A DNA stretch of 64,000 nt, taken from contig JAUVLG010000003.1 of assembly GCA_030595835.1 (NCBI GenBank), forward strand, positions 952-64,951, in the 5' to 3' direction. This document shows positions 36,588 to 50,764 of the stretch, in pieces. Origin of the DNA: Candidatus Eiseniibacteriota bacterium. Lineage in GTDB: Bacteria; Joyebacterota; Joyebacteria; Joyebacterales; Joyebacteraceae. Below the pieces are notes generated by a model. The model saw only the letters and a program-made list of their open reading frames with translations. It searched no databases and had not been told where the DNA came from. Both the position numbers and the translations under genes were made by a program. Numbering within the stretch: the stretch's first letter is position 1; the number at the start of each line of letters is the position of its first letter.

Positions 36588-39440
36588 CTAGGTCGTCGGC
36601 TGCCCGGCGTGGATGCCGGCCAGAACGGTCATTAACCTCTCCTCTGAATCCACTACGACGGTACGCGTCGGCAACTGCTCGAGAAGCCTGTCACCGTAGG
36701 CACGCGTCGACAGCCTGCTGTCCAGAAAGATAACAGCGCCCGAGTCCGTTGTCGAGCGTATCAGCCGGCCGAACCCCTGTCTCAGCCGCACGGCCGTCTT
36801 CGGTATCATGTAGCGCGCAAACGAGTTCTCACCGTCCGCCTCGTAGCGTTCGCAGTGCGCCTCGACCACGGGATCACGCGGCACGGGGAACGGCAGCTTC
36901 ACGATGACCAGCTGCTCGAGCGAGCGCCCGGGAACGTCCACGCCCTCCCAGAAACTGCTCGTGGCGAGCAGGACCGAATCGACCTCGCGGGCGAACTGCT
37001 CGAGGAGTGCTGAGGCCGCTCCCCCGTGCCCCTGCGCGAGAACGAGCTTCCCTCTGGCCGTCAGCGGGTCCACCACCGCCTTGAAGACCGCGTCCAGCGC
37101 CGACCGCGCGGTGAAGAGCACAAGCGTTCCACCCGATGAACGCTCCGCCAGCTTGACGACCAGACTGGCCACTGTCTGATTGAATCCCCGCGAGGAAGGC
37201 TGCTGCAGGTAACTGGTCACGACCGCAAGTGACTGGGCATCGTAGTCGTAGGGGCTGCCCACGTCGAGGGTCCGGACCTTCCAGTCGGGTATGAGATCGA
37301 GCCCAAGCCTCTCCATGACGAAGTCGAAGCTCCCGTCGACCGTCATCGTCGCCGATGTCGCAATGAGCGAGTCCACACGCGAGTAGAGGAAGTCACCCAT
37401 CATCTCCGCCACGCTGACCGGAGCGCTTCGGAGCTCGCACTCGAACACATCGCGGAACGTCCGCACGTCCAACCAGAAGACGCTGTCGGAATCGGCGGCC
37501 TCGGCCACGTATTTGAGGTCCGAGGCGAACTCACGCACGCGCCCCGCATGAAACGTCAGATTCTGTACGAATGAGTCGGACCTCTCCAGCTCGGTGTCCA
37601 CAATCAGATCGGCCAGCGTGCCCGCTCCATCGGCCACCGCCGACAGCGCGGCCAGCAACGCCCGGAGCTCCGCATCGAGCAGCGCTGCCACGGGCGCGTC
37701 GTTGCGGTACCGTAGCTTCCCGAACTCGACCTCCCGCCCCTCGTTCAGTTCCCTGTGCTTCTCGCGCAACGCGCCGAAGAACGTCTCCGACGCGGCAGTC
37801 GCCACCCCTACGTCCGCGGCCAAACGCTCGGCCCCGGCCGCCGCGGCCTCGAGGAGCGCCCCACCACCGTCCGATAGCGAGCCCATGACCTCCGCGAGAT
37901 CGCCGCTCTTGCCGCCTTCTTCTCTATAGAGATTGTCGAGCATCGCCCTCGCACGCCAGATGTTGGAGCGTTTGCCGAGGTGCTCGGTCGCGACCTGCTC
38001 CATGTTGTGCGCTTCATCACAGACGAGGTACGAGTAGTCACCCAGTATCCTGTTGTCCGCCTCCGTGTCGCTGAAGAGGAGCGAGTGGTTGACGATCACG
38101 ATGTGCGCCGCCTGCGCCGCCTTGCGTGCCTTCAGGAGGTAGCAGCTGTCCCTCATCGGGCACTTCTGCCCCAGACAGGGGCCGCCCTCCGCCGAGATTC
38201 GGCTCCACAGGTACCCGCGCCGCCTGAAGGCGATGTTCTCACTTATGTCACCGGAGTTCGTCTCCTGCTCCCACAGGGCAACGGGGAGCAGCTGCGAGCG
38301 CTCGCCCGGCGAAAGGCCCTTCTCCAGCACGGCCCTCCACCGCGACTGGCAGATGTAGTTCCCCCTCCCTTTCAGGAGCGAGGCGGAGAAGTCCACGTCG
38401 AGAACGCGCTCGAGGAACGGAATGTCCCTGAGGAAAAGCTGCTCCTGGAGGTTCTTCGTGTTCGTGGACACGATGACACGTTCGCCGTTTAGGACCGCGA
38501 AGTGAATGGCCGGAGTGAGGTAGGCGAGCGACTTGCCCACACCGGCGCCCGCCTCCACGACGAGATGGACACCTCCCATCAGGGAGTCGCCGACCGCCCG
38601 GAGCATCCGGAGCTGCTCCCTCCGCACCTCGTAGCCAGGTAGCTCCCGGCCGATGCGGCCGTCCTCGCCGAACAGCGCCTCGAGCTCGTCCAGGTCTATC
38701 TCCTGGATCTCCTCGGCGGTCGCCCTGGGAGTGACGGTCCCGCGCGCTGAGTCATAGCGCACGAGCTCGCCTTCCTTCTCACCGTGGTCCGGGACCGCCA
38801 GCGGGTCTGTCTTCGCCTCGGTGCGCTCGCGGGCCGCCTCGATGAGCGTTCTCGTGGCAGTGTCCGCGAGGCGGTACATGCGCTCGAGCACACTGGCGCC
38901 GATCTGATCAAGAACGCCAAGCAGAGAGAGGAAGAGGTTCGATACGGCGCGGGCGTCATCGGTCGCACGGTGGGAACGGCCCGTGGGTATGTCGAAGAAG
39001 CGCGCCGCTGTGACCAGGCGGTGGTTCGGCAATCGCGGCAGGAGCGCCCTGGTCAGGGGGAGTGTGTCGAAGACGCCACCGCGGCCTACCAGAAGCGCGG
39101 CCCGACCGTCAGCGGCCTTGTTCAGGAAGCCCGTGTCGAACGGCGCATGATGCGCCACGATGGGACTGTCACCGATGAACTCGACTATGCGCGGCAGCAC
39201 TTCGTCGATCGAAGGCGCTCCCGCCACGTCGTCATCGGTTATCCCGGTCAGGTGAACTATGTCCGAGGGTATGCGACAACCGGGGTTCACGAAGGCTTCG
39301 AACGTGTCGTCGACCTCACCGTCCACGATCCTGACGGCCCCGATCTCTATGATGCGATCGACACTGGAGTCTACGCCCGTGGTCTCCAGATCCAGCCCTA
39401 CGAAAGTTCGCGGATAGGAAGCGGAACCGGCCTCGGTCAT
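36588..39440 (-). CDS. dinG: DinG-family ATP-dependent DNA helicase with an N-terminal DnaQ-like 3'-5' exonuclease domain.
   Basis: The N-terminus [12 protein letters not shown]...[11 protein letters not shown]...HRATDDARA carries the Exo I-III motifs. The helicase part has [11 protein letters not shown] (Walker A), VCDEAHNM (DEAH) and an FeS-helicase Cys cluster (CQSRW...[12 protein letters not shown]). Its ATG overlaps the thiC stop as ATGA. Confidence 0.85.
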   Translation of the reverse strand: MTEAGSASYPRTFVGLDLETTGVDSSVDRIIEIGAVRIVDGEVDDTFEAFVNPGCRIPSDIVHLTGITDDDVAGAPSIDEVLPRIVEFIGDSPIVAHHAPFDTGFLNKAADGRAALLVGRGGVFDTLPLTRALLPRLPNHRLVTAARFFDIPTGRSHRATDDARAVSNLFLSLLGVLDQIGASVLERMYRLADTATRTLIEAARERTEAKTDPLAVPDHGEKEGELVRYDSARGTVTPRATAEEIQEIDLDELEALFGEDGRIGRELPGYEVRREQLRMLRAVGDSLMGGVHLVVEAGAGVGKSLAYLTPAIHFAVLNGERVIVSTNTKNLQEQLFLRDIPFLERVLDVDFSASLLKGRGNYICQSRWRAVLEKGLSPGERSQLLPVALWEQETNSGDISENIAFRRRGYLWSRISAEGGPCLGQKCPMRDSCYLLKARKAAQAAHIVIVNHSLLFSDTEADNRILGDYSYLVCDEAHNMEQVATEHLGKRSNIWRARAMLDNLYREEGGKSGDLAEVMGSLSDGGGALLEAAAAGAERLAADVGVATAASETFFGALREKHRELNEGREVEFGKLRYRNDAPVAALLDAELRALLAALSAVADGAGTLADLIVDTELERSDSFVQNLTFHAGRVREFASDLKYVAEAADSDSVFWLDVRTFRDVFECELRSAPVSVAEMMGDFLYSRVDSLIATSATMTVDGSFDFVMERLGLDLIPDWKVRTLDVGSPYDYDAQSLAVVTSYLQQPSSRGFNQTVASLVVKLAERSSGGTLVLFTARSALDAVFKAVVDPLTARGKLVLAQGHGGAASALLEQFAREVDSVLLATSSFWEGVDVPGRSLEQLVIVKLPFPVPRDPVVEAHCERYEADGENSFARYMIPKTAVRLRQGFGRLIRSTTDSGAVIFLDSRLSTRAYGDRLLEQLPTRTVVVDSEERLMTVLAGIHAGQPTT

Positions 39441-40726
39441 TCGCCCTCTCCCTCCCGGACGTTGGTCATCTTTCTGACGGCACAGAACTCACCGCACATG
39501 GTACACAGTTCCTCGTCCGCGGGCGACGATGCGTCGCGGAAGGCTCTGGCCTTGTCGCTGTTGAGAGACAGATCGATCACCCGGTCCCACTGGAGCGCCT
39601 TGCGCGCCGTCGAGAGCTCGTCGTCCCATTCGCGCGCCCCGACCACGTTCTTGGCGATGTCCGCCGCGTGAGCGGCCAGCCGAAGCGCGTACACGCCCTC
39701 GCGGACGTCGTCGACATCGGGGAGCCTCAGGTGCTCGGCCGGGGTCACGTAGCACAGGAAGTCCGCGCCGGCGGCCGCCGCAACGGCGCCGCCGATGGAC
39801 GCCGCGATGTGGTCGTAGCCCGGGGCGACATCGGTCACGATGGGGCCAAGAACGTAGAACGGAGCCCCGTCGCACAGTGATTTCTCGAGCTCGACGGAGG
39901 ACGCGACGAGATGCAACGGCACGTGCCCCGGCCCCTCGACGATCGCCTGAACGTCGCGCTCCCTCGCCCGTGACACGAGCTCGGCTATGACCGTCAGCTC
40001 CGCGATCTGCGCGGGGTCGTTGGCGTCCGCCAGTGCACCCGGTCTCAGACCGTCACCCAGACGTAGCGTGACGTCGTACTCGCGCGCGATATCAAGAAGA
40101 TCATCGTAGCGCTCGTAGAGCGGGTTCTCCTGCTTGTTGTAGGACATCCACTCCATCAGGAACGCCTCACCCCGGCTGACAACGTCGGCCAGTCTCCGCG
40201 CGCGTCTGCAGTGCTCCGCGACCTCGCGCGTCACGCCACAGTGCACCGTGACGAAGTCCATGCCGTCGCGGGCGTGGTCCTCCACCGCTCCGAGCATGTC
40301 GTCGCCCGTCATGTGCACCATGCCCTTGCCTTCCGTCCTGGAACGCACTGCCGCCTGGTAGAGAGGAACGCTGCCGACGGGAACGGTAGAGCGCTCGAGG
40401 ACCGCACGCCGGATCGTATCCAGATCGCCGCCTGTCGAGAGGTCCATGATCGCGTCCGCGCCCGCTGCAATGGCCGCGTCCACCTTCTCGAGTTCCTCGT
40501 CCAAACTGGAGGCGTCGGACGACGTCCCCAGGTTCGCGTTGACCTTCGTCCTCAGTCCCGGCCCCAATCCCATTGGCTTCCGCGTGCTTCTGTTGTTGAG
40601 TAGGATCGCCGCCTTCCCGGAGGCGACAAGCGCCACCAGCTTCTCGACCGCGATGTTCTCATCGCCGGCAACGGCGGCCAGAGCCTCCGTTGCTCTGCCC
40701 TGTCGGGCCTCTTCCATCGTGAGCAT
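39437..40726 (-). CDS. thiC: Phosphomethylpyrimidine synthase ThiC (radical SAM).
   Basis: The protein aligns with ThiC over its full length, including the C-terminal CTMCGEFCA FeS motif. The start is probably ATG at 40726 (MLTMEEARQ), 1 nt after the ligA stop. Confidence 0.9.
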   Translation of the reverse strand: MLTMEEARQGRATEALAAVAGDENIAVEKLVALVASGKAAILLNNRSTRKPMGLGPGLRTKVNANLGTSSDASSLDEELEKVDAAIAAGADAIMDLSTGGDLDTIRRAVLERSTVPVGSVPLYQAAVRSRTEGKGMVHMTGDDMLGAVEDHARDGMDFVTVHCGVTREVAEHCRRARRLADVVSRGEAFLMEWMSYNKQENPLYERYDDLLDIAREYDVTLRLGDGLRPGALADANDPAQIAELTVIAELVSRARERDVQAIVEGPGHVPLHLVASSVELEKSLCDGAPFYVLGPIVTDVAPGYDHIAASIGGAVAAAAGADFLCYVTPAEHLRLPDVDDVREGVYALRLAAHAADIAKNVVGAREWDDELSTARKALQWDRVIDLSLNSDKARAFRDASSPADEELCTMCGEFCAVRKMTNVREGEGE

Positions 40727-40727
40727 G

Positions 40728-44595
<3,868 letters not shown>

Positions 44596-44613
44596 CGTGT
44601 CTGCCGCCTTCCT

Positions 44614-47600
44614 CTAGAAGAACGCGTTGACCCGCAGGTCCAAGGTGTGAACCGGGTCCCCGTCCGGGCTGGCAGTCCCGTAGTACGACAGCGAGCCCGT
44701 GAGGAACTGGTTGAATCTGTAGTCGCCGGACATCCGCCACTCCACGCTCCGTCCTGCTTGACGCCCTTCGGCCAGATAGGAGTGGTCGACCAGTGAGCCG
44801 CCGGACGCCTCGATCTCGATGCGAGTCACTGAAGCGGAGAGAGCGCCCCGCCCCGCGAGCCTGTACGTCACGTTCGGCGTGACCTTGAGCACGGTGACAC
44901 CCACGCCCGCGAGCGCCTCATCCTGCCGACCGACCGAGATCGTCATCCTGGCCTCCAGATCACCGGGATTTCTGTAGCCCGCCTCGCCCAGAAGAGAGCA
45001 CTCATCGACGACGTAGCTGTCGCCAACCTGGGAGTCCACCTCTCGCCTGCCCGCGTCCCCCTGCAAACGATAGGTGACGCCGCCGGTCTGCGTCAGTTTG
45101 ATGTCGGCGGTGCCGGAGCGCTCCTTCCTCTCCGTGAGATCGTTCGAGTAACTCCTGTCCAGGACGTCCTTCGTGTGTAGCGCGAGCCGGAGCGAGAACG
45201 AACTGCCCGAGGACAGATAGCGCGCCACGTGACGGCCCGACATCTCGCCGCGGACCGTCTCGTCGCCCATGATGACCGCCGGGTCCAGCAGATAGAGCCT
45301 CTGCTTCGCGTCCGTCGTCGTCATCTCACGGAGCTTCAGATCGGTCGTCACCGTCAGCCCGGAGAGGAACCGTCCAAACGCGGTCGGCTCCGGCATGGAC
45401 CGCCCGCCGCGACGGCGCGCGCCGGGCTTGAGCTTCCACCTGGTGCTGGCTTCGACCCCGGTCACGGGCTCATACACGCCGGTTCTGACGATCCGCGTCA
45501 CCTCGACGCCGTCCTCCTCAAAGACCTCCTTCTCCTTCTTCTCCACCTCGGTCGCAGTGACGGAGTATCGGATCCGTCCCGTCAGGCTCCCGTCAAGCGA
45601 TGTGTGGTCGAACCTGACACTGGCGAGGTCGTACCTGGAACCAGGGTCAAGGAAACCCTTCTCAAACTGGACCTCGCGGCGCACGACGTTCCCCTCCAGA
45701 CGAAGCTTCTCCCACCCGGTCGCGGCCAGCTTGTACTCCTGCGTCTGCGTGATGGACGCCCTCACCCACCCCGAGCCGTCCGTGCGGTCGGTCAGACGGC
45801 GAGCGTACGACGCCCCGAACGAGACCGGCCCTGCCTTCGCACTCTCCATGGACGCGCCGTACTCATCGTACCGCTCATCCGCGTCTTCGTCGTGAGCGTA
45901 GGAAGCGCCCGGCCGCACCGGGCCGACCTTCTGCTCGAAACCGCCGCGGTAGAGCGTGCGCTCCCGATGGATCTCCTCCCCGCCGCCGGTCCAGCGCGAC
46001 TTCACGAATCGTCCCGCACTCCAGAGCCTCCCGCCCTCCGTGGGATGCACATCGGCGGAGAACTCGGTCTTGCTCGATTCGAGAACGTCGTCGCGCGTCA
46101 GGTACGCGTGCGAGAGCTCCACGCGCCCTCCGCCACCCAGCAGCAGTGAGGACGTACCCTCCAGCAGCTCTTCGCCCTCGGGAATCGCAAGTCCCTGTAG
46201 CTCCCATCGCTCTTCATAGCCCAGCTCGCGGAACCGACCGACGCCGCGGAACCCGCCGGCAACCCGACGCGCGTCCAGCGAGAACCCGAGCTCCGCCCCA
46301 TCGAGCACGCCGACATCGATCCGCGGCAGCGCGGCTGAGAACACAGACGCGTTCCCCAGGTTGTCGTCGTCGTCCAGTGAAGAGTAGGTGTTGGCGTCGA
46401 AATCGGAGACGGCCGCCGACGCCTCCACGTACCCCCCGCGTCCGAGGTCAAGCCGTCCGTCTATCACCGCGAGCCCGTGGTCTGAAGGCCTGGGCAGATG
46501 CCGACCGAGGCGGTAGTCTCCCTCTCCCTCGCCAACGTAGTCGTAGTGCCCGGCGACGTAGTCGTAGTCGTAATCCCCGCCCTCCTCGCGCTCGAAGTGA
46601 AGATTGTAGCTGCCGGAGCCGGGGGGAACCGCGTACTCGAAGACACCGGGCGAGACGAGATCGTAGTCGCCGTTGCCGACACCGACCGAGTCGATGCCAT
46701 CGTCATGCGCCAGCTCAGTGTCGTCCCCGGCGGCCTCGAGCACGGCGAGTTCCTTGGACGAGAACCCGGCGGATGCAGCAGCACCCCTGTCATCCAGCTC
46801 GCGGAAGAACGAAAACCCGATTCCGGCCGAACCACCCGGACTCGCCAGCGAGACCCTGCCAACATAGGTGTCGCGCTGGTAGTCGCCGGAGCTGAATTCG
46901 TAGTCCACGGTGATCTCGCTCTCGCTGACGATGGGCCGGTGCTCCGTGAACTCGATCGCCCCTCCCCCGTAGTCGATCACGTAGTCGTTGTCGCGCCCGC
47001 GCGTCATCTTGACTCCATTGACCCACACGCGCTCGCTGCCCGCGACAACGGAGATGCCGGTCCCACTCGACTCATCGGTCAGCAAGTAGGCACCCTGCTT
47101 CCCGTCGACGCCGGGGAACGTCAGCGTTCTGAACTGACCCGCGGAGCGCGCACCGGCGAGCGTGACATCGGTACGACCGAGCGAGGCGGTCACCATCGCT
47201 CCGGTTTCGTCTCTGCGAAAGTCCGCGAGAGGGCCCCCGTTAATCTCAAGCGCGTAGTCACCCATGGTGGCGGAGACGTTCTCGCCCTCTATCTCGATGA
47301 GGACCTTGTCGAGGGCCCGGAGTTCCTCCGTGTCTCCCTCCGGGACGAGCGGCGTGTTCTGATCGGACAGGTAAGCGACCACCGATACGTCGCGCGTCAC
47401 GCGACCAGAGACGTTCAGGCGTAGCGACTGCTCGAGGCTCGCATCGCGATTCGACCCCACGGTGATGCCGAACGTCTTGGCCCCGCCAATCGAGAGCCCG
47501 TGGGAGAGCGGAGGCGGGGCCGCGGGCGCGTCGGGGCGGACGAGTTGCAGGGCGTCCTCCGCAAAGCCCGGGGGCAGCACGGCCAGGGACTCGAGGACGG

Positions 47601-48018
47601 CACGACGGTGGATCTTCTTCAGATTCAGGGGCATGAAGCGGTAGGTGATGGTGACGGAGCCGGCGGCGATCGCGGACACGACAGTGATGATCCCACGGTC
47701 GTAGTCGATCTCGTAGTCAGCGCCGCGCGTGAGGGGCTCGCCGTCAACCCGGACGCTGTCGCTGCCCGCAATGATGAACACGTCGGGCAGCTCGACTCCG
47801 TTCACCGCGTCCGCGGGAAGCACCGACAGCTCGCGGAACCCGCCCCTTCGAACAACGGAGTCCGCGTGAGACGCCGGCGCGAGCAGATACAGAAGGAGCA
47901 GAACGGCGAAGACCGAGCCCACGGAGCCGGCCCGACGCACCCGCCGCGCACGCGCTCGCGAATCTACCACGCCTACCGCGCGCGGCACGCCAGAGCGAAT
48001 CCTAGCGTCTTGAGGCAT
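44614..48018 (-). CDS. Very large (about 1135 aa) predicted outer-membrane beta-barrel protein of unknown function.
   Basis: It has a signal peptide (RRVRRAGSVGSVFAVLLLLYLLAPASHA) and a C-terminal aromatic barrel signature (LDLRVNAFF). An acidic Tyr/Asp low-complexity insert (EGGDYDYDYVAGHYDYVGEGEGDY) is present. The start is uncertain and overlaps the end of the NHL gene. Confidence 0.55.
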   Translation of the reverse strand: MPQDARIRSGVPRAVGVVDSRARARRVRRAGSVGSVFAVLLLLYLLAPASHADSVVRRGGFRELSVLPADAVNGVELPDVFIIAGSDSVRVDGEPLTRGADYEIDYDRGIITVVSAIAAGSVTITYRFMPLNLKKIHRRAVLESLAVLPPGFAEDALQLVRPDAPAAPPPLSHGLSIGGAKTFGITVGSNRDASLEQSLRLNVSGRVTRDVSVVAYLSDQNTPLVPEGDTEELRALDKVLIEIEGENVSATMGDYALEINGGPLADFRRDETGAMVTASLGRTDVTLAGARSAGQFRTLTFPGVDGKQGAYLLTDESSGTGISVVAGSERVWVNGVKMTRGRDNDYVIDYGGGAIEFTEHRPIVSESEITVDYEFSSGDYQRDTYVGRVSLASPGGSAGIGFSFFRELDDRGAAASAGFSSKELAVLEAAGDDTELAHDDGIDSVGVGNGDYDLVSPGVFEYAVPPGSGSYNLHFEREEGGDYDYDYVAGHYDYVGEGEGDYRLGRHLPRPSDHGLAVIDGRLDLGRGGYVEASAAVSDFDANTYSSLDDDDNLGNASVFSAALPRIDVGVLDGAELGFSLDARRVAGGFRGVGRFRELGYEERWELQGLAIPEGEELLEGTSSLLLGGGGRVELSHAYLTRDDVLESSKTEFSADVHPTEGGRLWSAGRFVKSRWTGGGEEIHRERTLYRGGFEQKVGPVRPGASYAHDEDADERYDEYGASMESAKAGPVSFGASYARRLTDRTDGSGWVRASITQTQEYKLAATGWEKLRLEGNVVRREVQFEKGFLDPGSRYDLASVRFDHTSLDGSLTGRIRYSVTATEVEKKEKEVFEEDGVEVTRIVRTGVYEPVTGVEASTRWKLKPGARRRGGRSMPEPTAFGRFLSGLTVTTDLKLREMTTTDAKQRLYLLDPAVIMGDETVRGEMSGRHVARYLSSGSSFSLRLALHTKDVLDRSYSNDLTERKERSGTADIKLTQTGGVTYRLQGDAGRREVDSQVGDSYVVDECSLLGEAGYRNPGDLEARMTISVGRQDEALAGVGVTVLKVTPNVTYRLAGRGALSASVTRIEIEASGGSLVDHSYLAEGRQAGRSVEWRMSGDYRFNQFLTGSLSYYGTASPDGDPVHTLDLRVNAFF

Positions 48019-49000
48019 CAGCGCCATAGACAATCTCTATCAGCCGCACGCGCCCGGTCTCGCCGTCAAGTGCGACCAGCTCGCCCGCGGGACCCAGTGC
48101 AATGGCGGTGAAACGAAAGCCCGTATCGCCCGGAAGCTCCGTCGTGTGAGGACCCCCGCCGGCGGGGAACGCCAGTATGCGACCGTGCCTCTCGTCGACC
48201 ACCAGGACATTCCCGCGCGCATCGAATGCGACGTCCCCGGGCTCGAGCGTGTCTGGAGCTGACAGCGAGTATAGAGGAGCACCGAACTCGTCGAAGATCT
48301 CGACGGAGAACCGGCCGGGATCAGCCACGGCGATTTCTCTCGAGGGACCAACCGCCACGTCGCTGGGCGCAAGGAGTCCTCCTTCGCCCACTCCAAACCA
48401 CCCGACGGGCGTCGTGGTCTCGTCGAACTGCGAGAAGGACAGCACGGACTGCGTGTCTGCGTCGACGAGGAGAAGCCCTCCGGCCTTCACGACCGCGATG
48501 GCCACGGGGCTCCCTGCCTCGTCCTCCGCGACCACCAGGTCGACGTAGTCGCCCTCGACGTCGTAGCGAGCCACTCGGCGGTTGCCCTCATCGAGCACGT
48601 AGACGTAGAACCCCCTGTAGATGCTGACGTCGGTTGGAGTGTCCAGCCGGTCCTCGTCCCAACCGTAGCCTCCGAATTCCTGGAGGAGCGTTCCGTCACG
48701 CCCGAGGACGAGTACTCTGTGGTTACCGGTGTCCGCGATGACCACGTTTCCCCGGTGGTCCACGGCCACTGCCGCAGGCGCTCTCATACCCAGCTCGCCC
48801 GTGCCCGGAAGCTCATCAATTACGAGAAACCCCGTTGCGATGCGCGCGCGCCACGACGAGGGCACGGGACGCGGCACGGCCGCGTCGCCGGCGCGCACTG
48901 GGGGCGCCGCAGCGGCGACCGCGGCGGCCGTCACGACCGTTACGGCGCCGACCACCGTCAGCAGCGGCTGCCGAAAAAGACGTCTCCAGTCGGTCCACAT
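48002..49000 (-). CDS. NHL-repeat (six-bladed beta-propeller) secreted protein.
   Basis: It has a signal peptide and repeated ...GNVVIADTGNHRV..., ...FYVYVLDEGNRRV... and ...GNVLVVDERHGRI... NHL-type blades. Confidence 0.7.
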   Translation of the reverse strand: MWTDWRRLFRQPLLTVVGAVTVVTAAAVAAAAPPVRAGDAAVPRPVPSSWRARIATGFLVIDELPGTGELGMRAPAAVAVDHRGNVVIADTGNHRVLVLGRDGTLLQEFGGYGWDEDRLDTPTDVSIYRGFYVYVLDEGNRRVARYDVEGDYVDLVVAEDEAGSPVAIAVVKAGGLLLVDADTQSVLSFSQFDETTTPVGWFGVGEGGLLAPSDVAVGPSREIAVADPGRFSVEIFDEFGAPLYSLSAPDTLEPGDVAFDARGNVLVVDERHGRILAFPAGGGPHTTELPGDTGFRFTAIALGPAGELVALDGETGRVRLIEIVYGADASRR

Positions 49001-49064
49001 GGTGGCTGTCTCCGTCGGGGGTGTTTCACGGGAAAACGGTACGAACAGGAAGGGGACGCGGGCG

Positions 49065-49913
49065 TCAGAACGGCACCTCGAGCGTCGCTCGGGCGCCGAC
49101 GTCGCTGCCGGAGATCAGCGGCACTACGGAGATACGTGCAACGGGCTCACCGTGGACACCGGCGTTGTACCGCCTGGCCATCCACGCGCTGTCGATCCCG
49201 GAGACGGCCCGATTGAGTATCGCCACGCCCACCATGTAGAAGGCGTTCCTGTCCGCGCTGGAAGCCGCGTGCCGGAGTTCCCGGTATGCGTAGAAGCTGT
49301 CCTCGGTGCCCCAATCCCACGAGAGGTCGCCGTAGTACCCGTTTTCCGCGATGTACGCCCGCTGCGCATCGCGGTCGTACGGGAAGAGACTCCTAGCATC
49401 ACAGGCGATCGACTGATTGTAGCTGTCGTCTCCCTCGCTACGAATGTAGTTTCCCATATCACTGAGATAGCCGCCGTCGGCCCCCGCGTCAGCTCCCGCG
49501 AAGATCTCGGCGTGCTCCCTGTAGTCATCCTCCAGCAAGCTCTCCTGGATCCGGAACGTGCCGTATGCCGCCCATATGGCCACCTCCGACGCCATGAACC
49601 AGCCCCCACGGGACGTGTCACCCACGTACATTTCTCCCCAACCGGGCACGATGCATGACAGGAGAAGCGCGAGCATGGGGTTCTTCTCGTCCGGGCCACC
49701 GCCGCCGTGGGACACACGGGAGGAGAGTCTCACATCCAGGGCCGCCAGCGGCGTCTCATCGGACAACGACAGACCCGACCGGGAAAGACAGACGCCGACG
49801 TATCCCGCTTTCCGCGAGCGCTCCAGCGGAACGCCTCCGTCCGCGGCGACCGGCGGCGGAAGCAGGAGCACAAGCACCAACAGGAAGACAGAGACCGTCG
49901 TTCGGTTCTTCAT
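49065..49913 (-). CDS. Secreted hypothetical protein, paralog A of a tandem pair.
   Basis: It has a signal peptide and shares the ...S(C/V)(I/A)VPG(W/S)G(E/Q)... G...(W/Y)...A(S/A)E(V/I)A(I/L)W(A/G)... core and a VxPLISG...ATLEVPF-type C-terminus with the adjacent gene. Confidence 0.5.
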   Translation of the reverse strand: MKNRTTVSVFLLVLVLLLPPPVAADGGVPLERSRKAGYVGVCLSRSGLSLSDETPLAALDVRLSSRVSHGGGGPDEKNPMLALLLSCIVPGWGEMYVGDTSRGGWFMASEVAIWAAYGTFRIQESLLEDDYREHAEIFAGADAGADGGYLSDMGNYIRSEGDDSYNQSIACDARSLFPYDRDAQRAYIAENGYYGDLSWDWGTEDSFYAYRELRHAASSADRNAFYMVGVAILNRAVSGIDSAWMARRYNAGVHGEPVARISVVPLISGSDVGARATLEVPF

Positions 49914-50764
49914 CAGTACCTCATCGTTAGCGCGTAGGTGAGTCCGTCACCGTTGTCAGCGACGCCGAACTCGAGGCCGAGATCCGCGACCCGATCGCTC
50001 GGGGACGTGTCGCCCCGGGCCGTCAGGAATGCGTCAACCGCCGCCGTCACGTGGTTGAGAAGCGCGGCCATCATGGCGTAGCGCGCCTGTCTCAGGTGCA
50101 GGTTGCTGTCGCCGCGCATGTCGACGTACGTGTCCCGGAACGCCAGGTCGTCATCGCTGTAGTCGTCCCATTCAACGTCAGGATCGTACTCATCGCCGTC
50201 GATGTTCCACCATCGCCAGTAGGTTCTGTATTTGCCGATGTCCTCGTAGTACTCCTGCGTGCCGTACGTGGCGAGCGGGCGGCAGAGAGTCTCGTCGCCC
50301 GGCTGGCAGTCAGCACACCTCTCATTGTACCAGTCGGTGTAGGCGTCGAAGTCCCAGTTGCCGTCGGCGAAGGCCTCGTACTCATCGCGCTCGTCCAGCC
50401 CTTTGCTGTCGAGCAAGTAGAATCCGCCCCAGAGCGCGATCTCAGCCGCGAGGTAGATGTAGCCGCGCGCTTTGCCCTGAATAAGCTGCCCCGAACCCGG
50501 GACGGCGACCGAGGCGAAGAACATCAGCGTGGGATCGTGCCCGGTGGCCCCCTGCCCCACTCCCCCCGCACCAACCTCAAGCAGTTCATCACGGGCGTCG
50601 AGCGACGAGATGAGAACCAGCTCCTGCGCGACGGAGTGCGCGCGCGCGCCCTCCCCGTCCGGCGTTCCACCACCGGTCGGCAGCGCGCCGGACGCGGGTT
50701 GTACGACCACAAGCAGGCTCACGGCCAGCACGACAACCGAGGGAAATCCCATCCGCACTCCCAT
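49913..50764 (-). CDS. Secreted hypothetical protein, paralog B of a tandem pair.
   Basis: It has a signal peptide. FASVAVPGSGQLIQGKARGYIYLAAEIALWGGFYLL is homologous to paralog A. An acidic Trp/Tyr/Asp-rich middle region is present. Its TGA shares one nucleotide with the ATG of paralog A. Confidence 0.5.
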   Translation of the reverse strand: MGVRMGFPSVVVLAVSLLVVVQPASGALPTGGGTPDGEGARAHSVAQELVLISSLDARDELLEVGAGGVGQGATGHDPTLMFFASVAVPGSGQLIQGKARGYIYLAAEIALWGGFYLLDSKGLDERDEYEAFADGNWDFDAYTDWYNERCADCQPGDETLCRPLATYGTQEYYEDIGKYRTYWRWWNIDGDEYDPDVEWDDYSDDDLAFRDTYVDMRGDSNLHLRQARYAMMAALLNHVTAAVDAFLTARGDTSPSDRVADLGLEFGVADNGDGLTYALTMRY

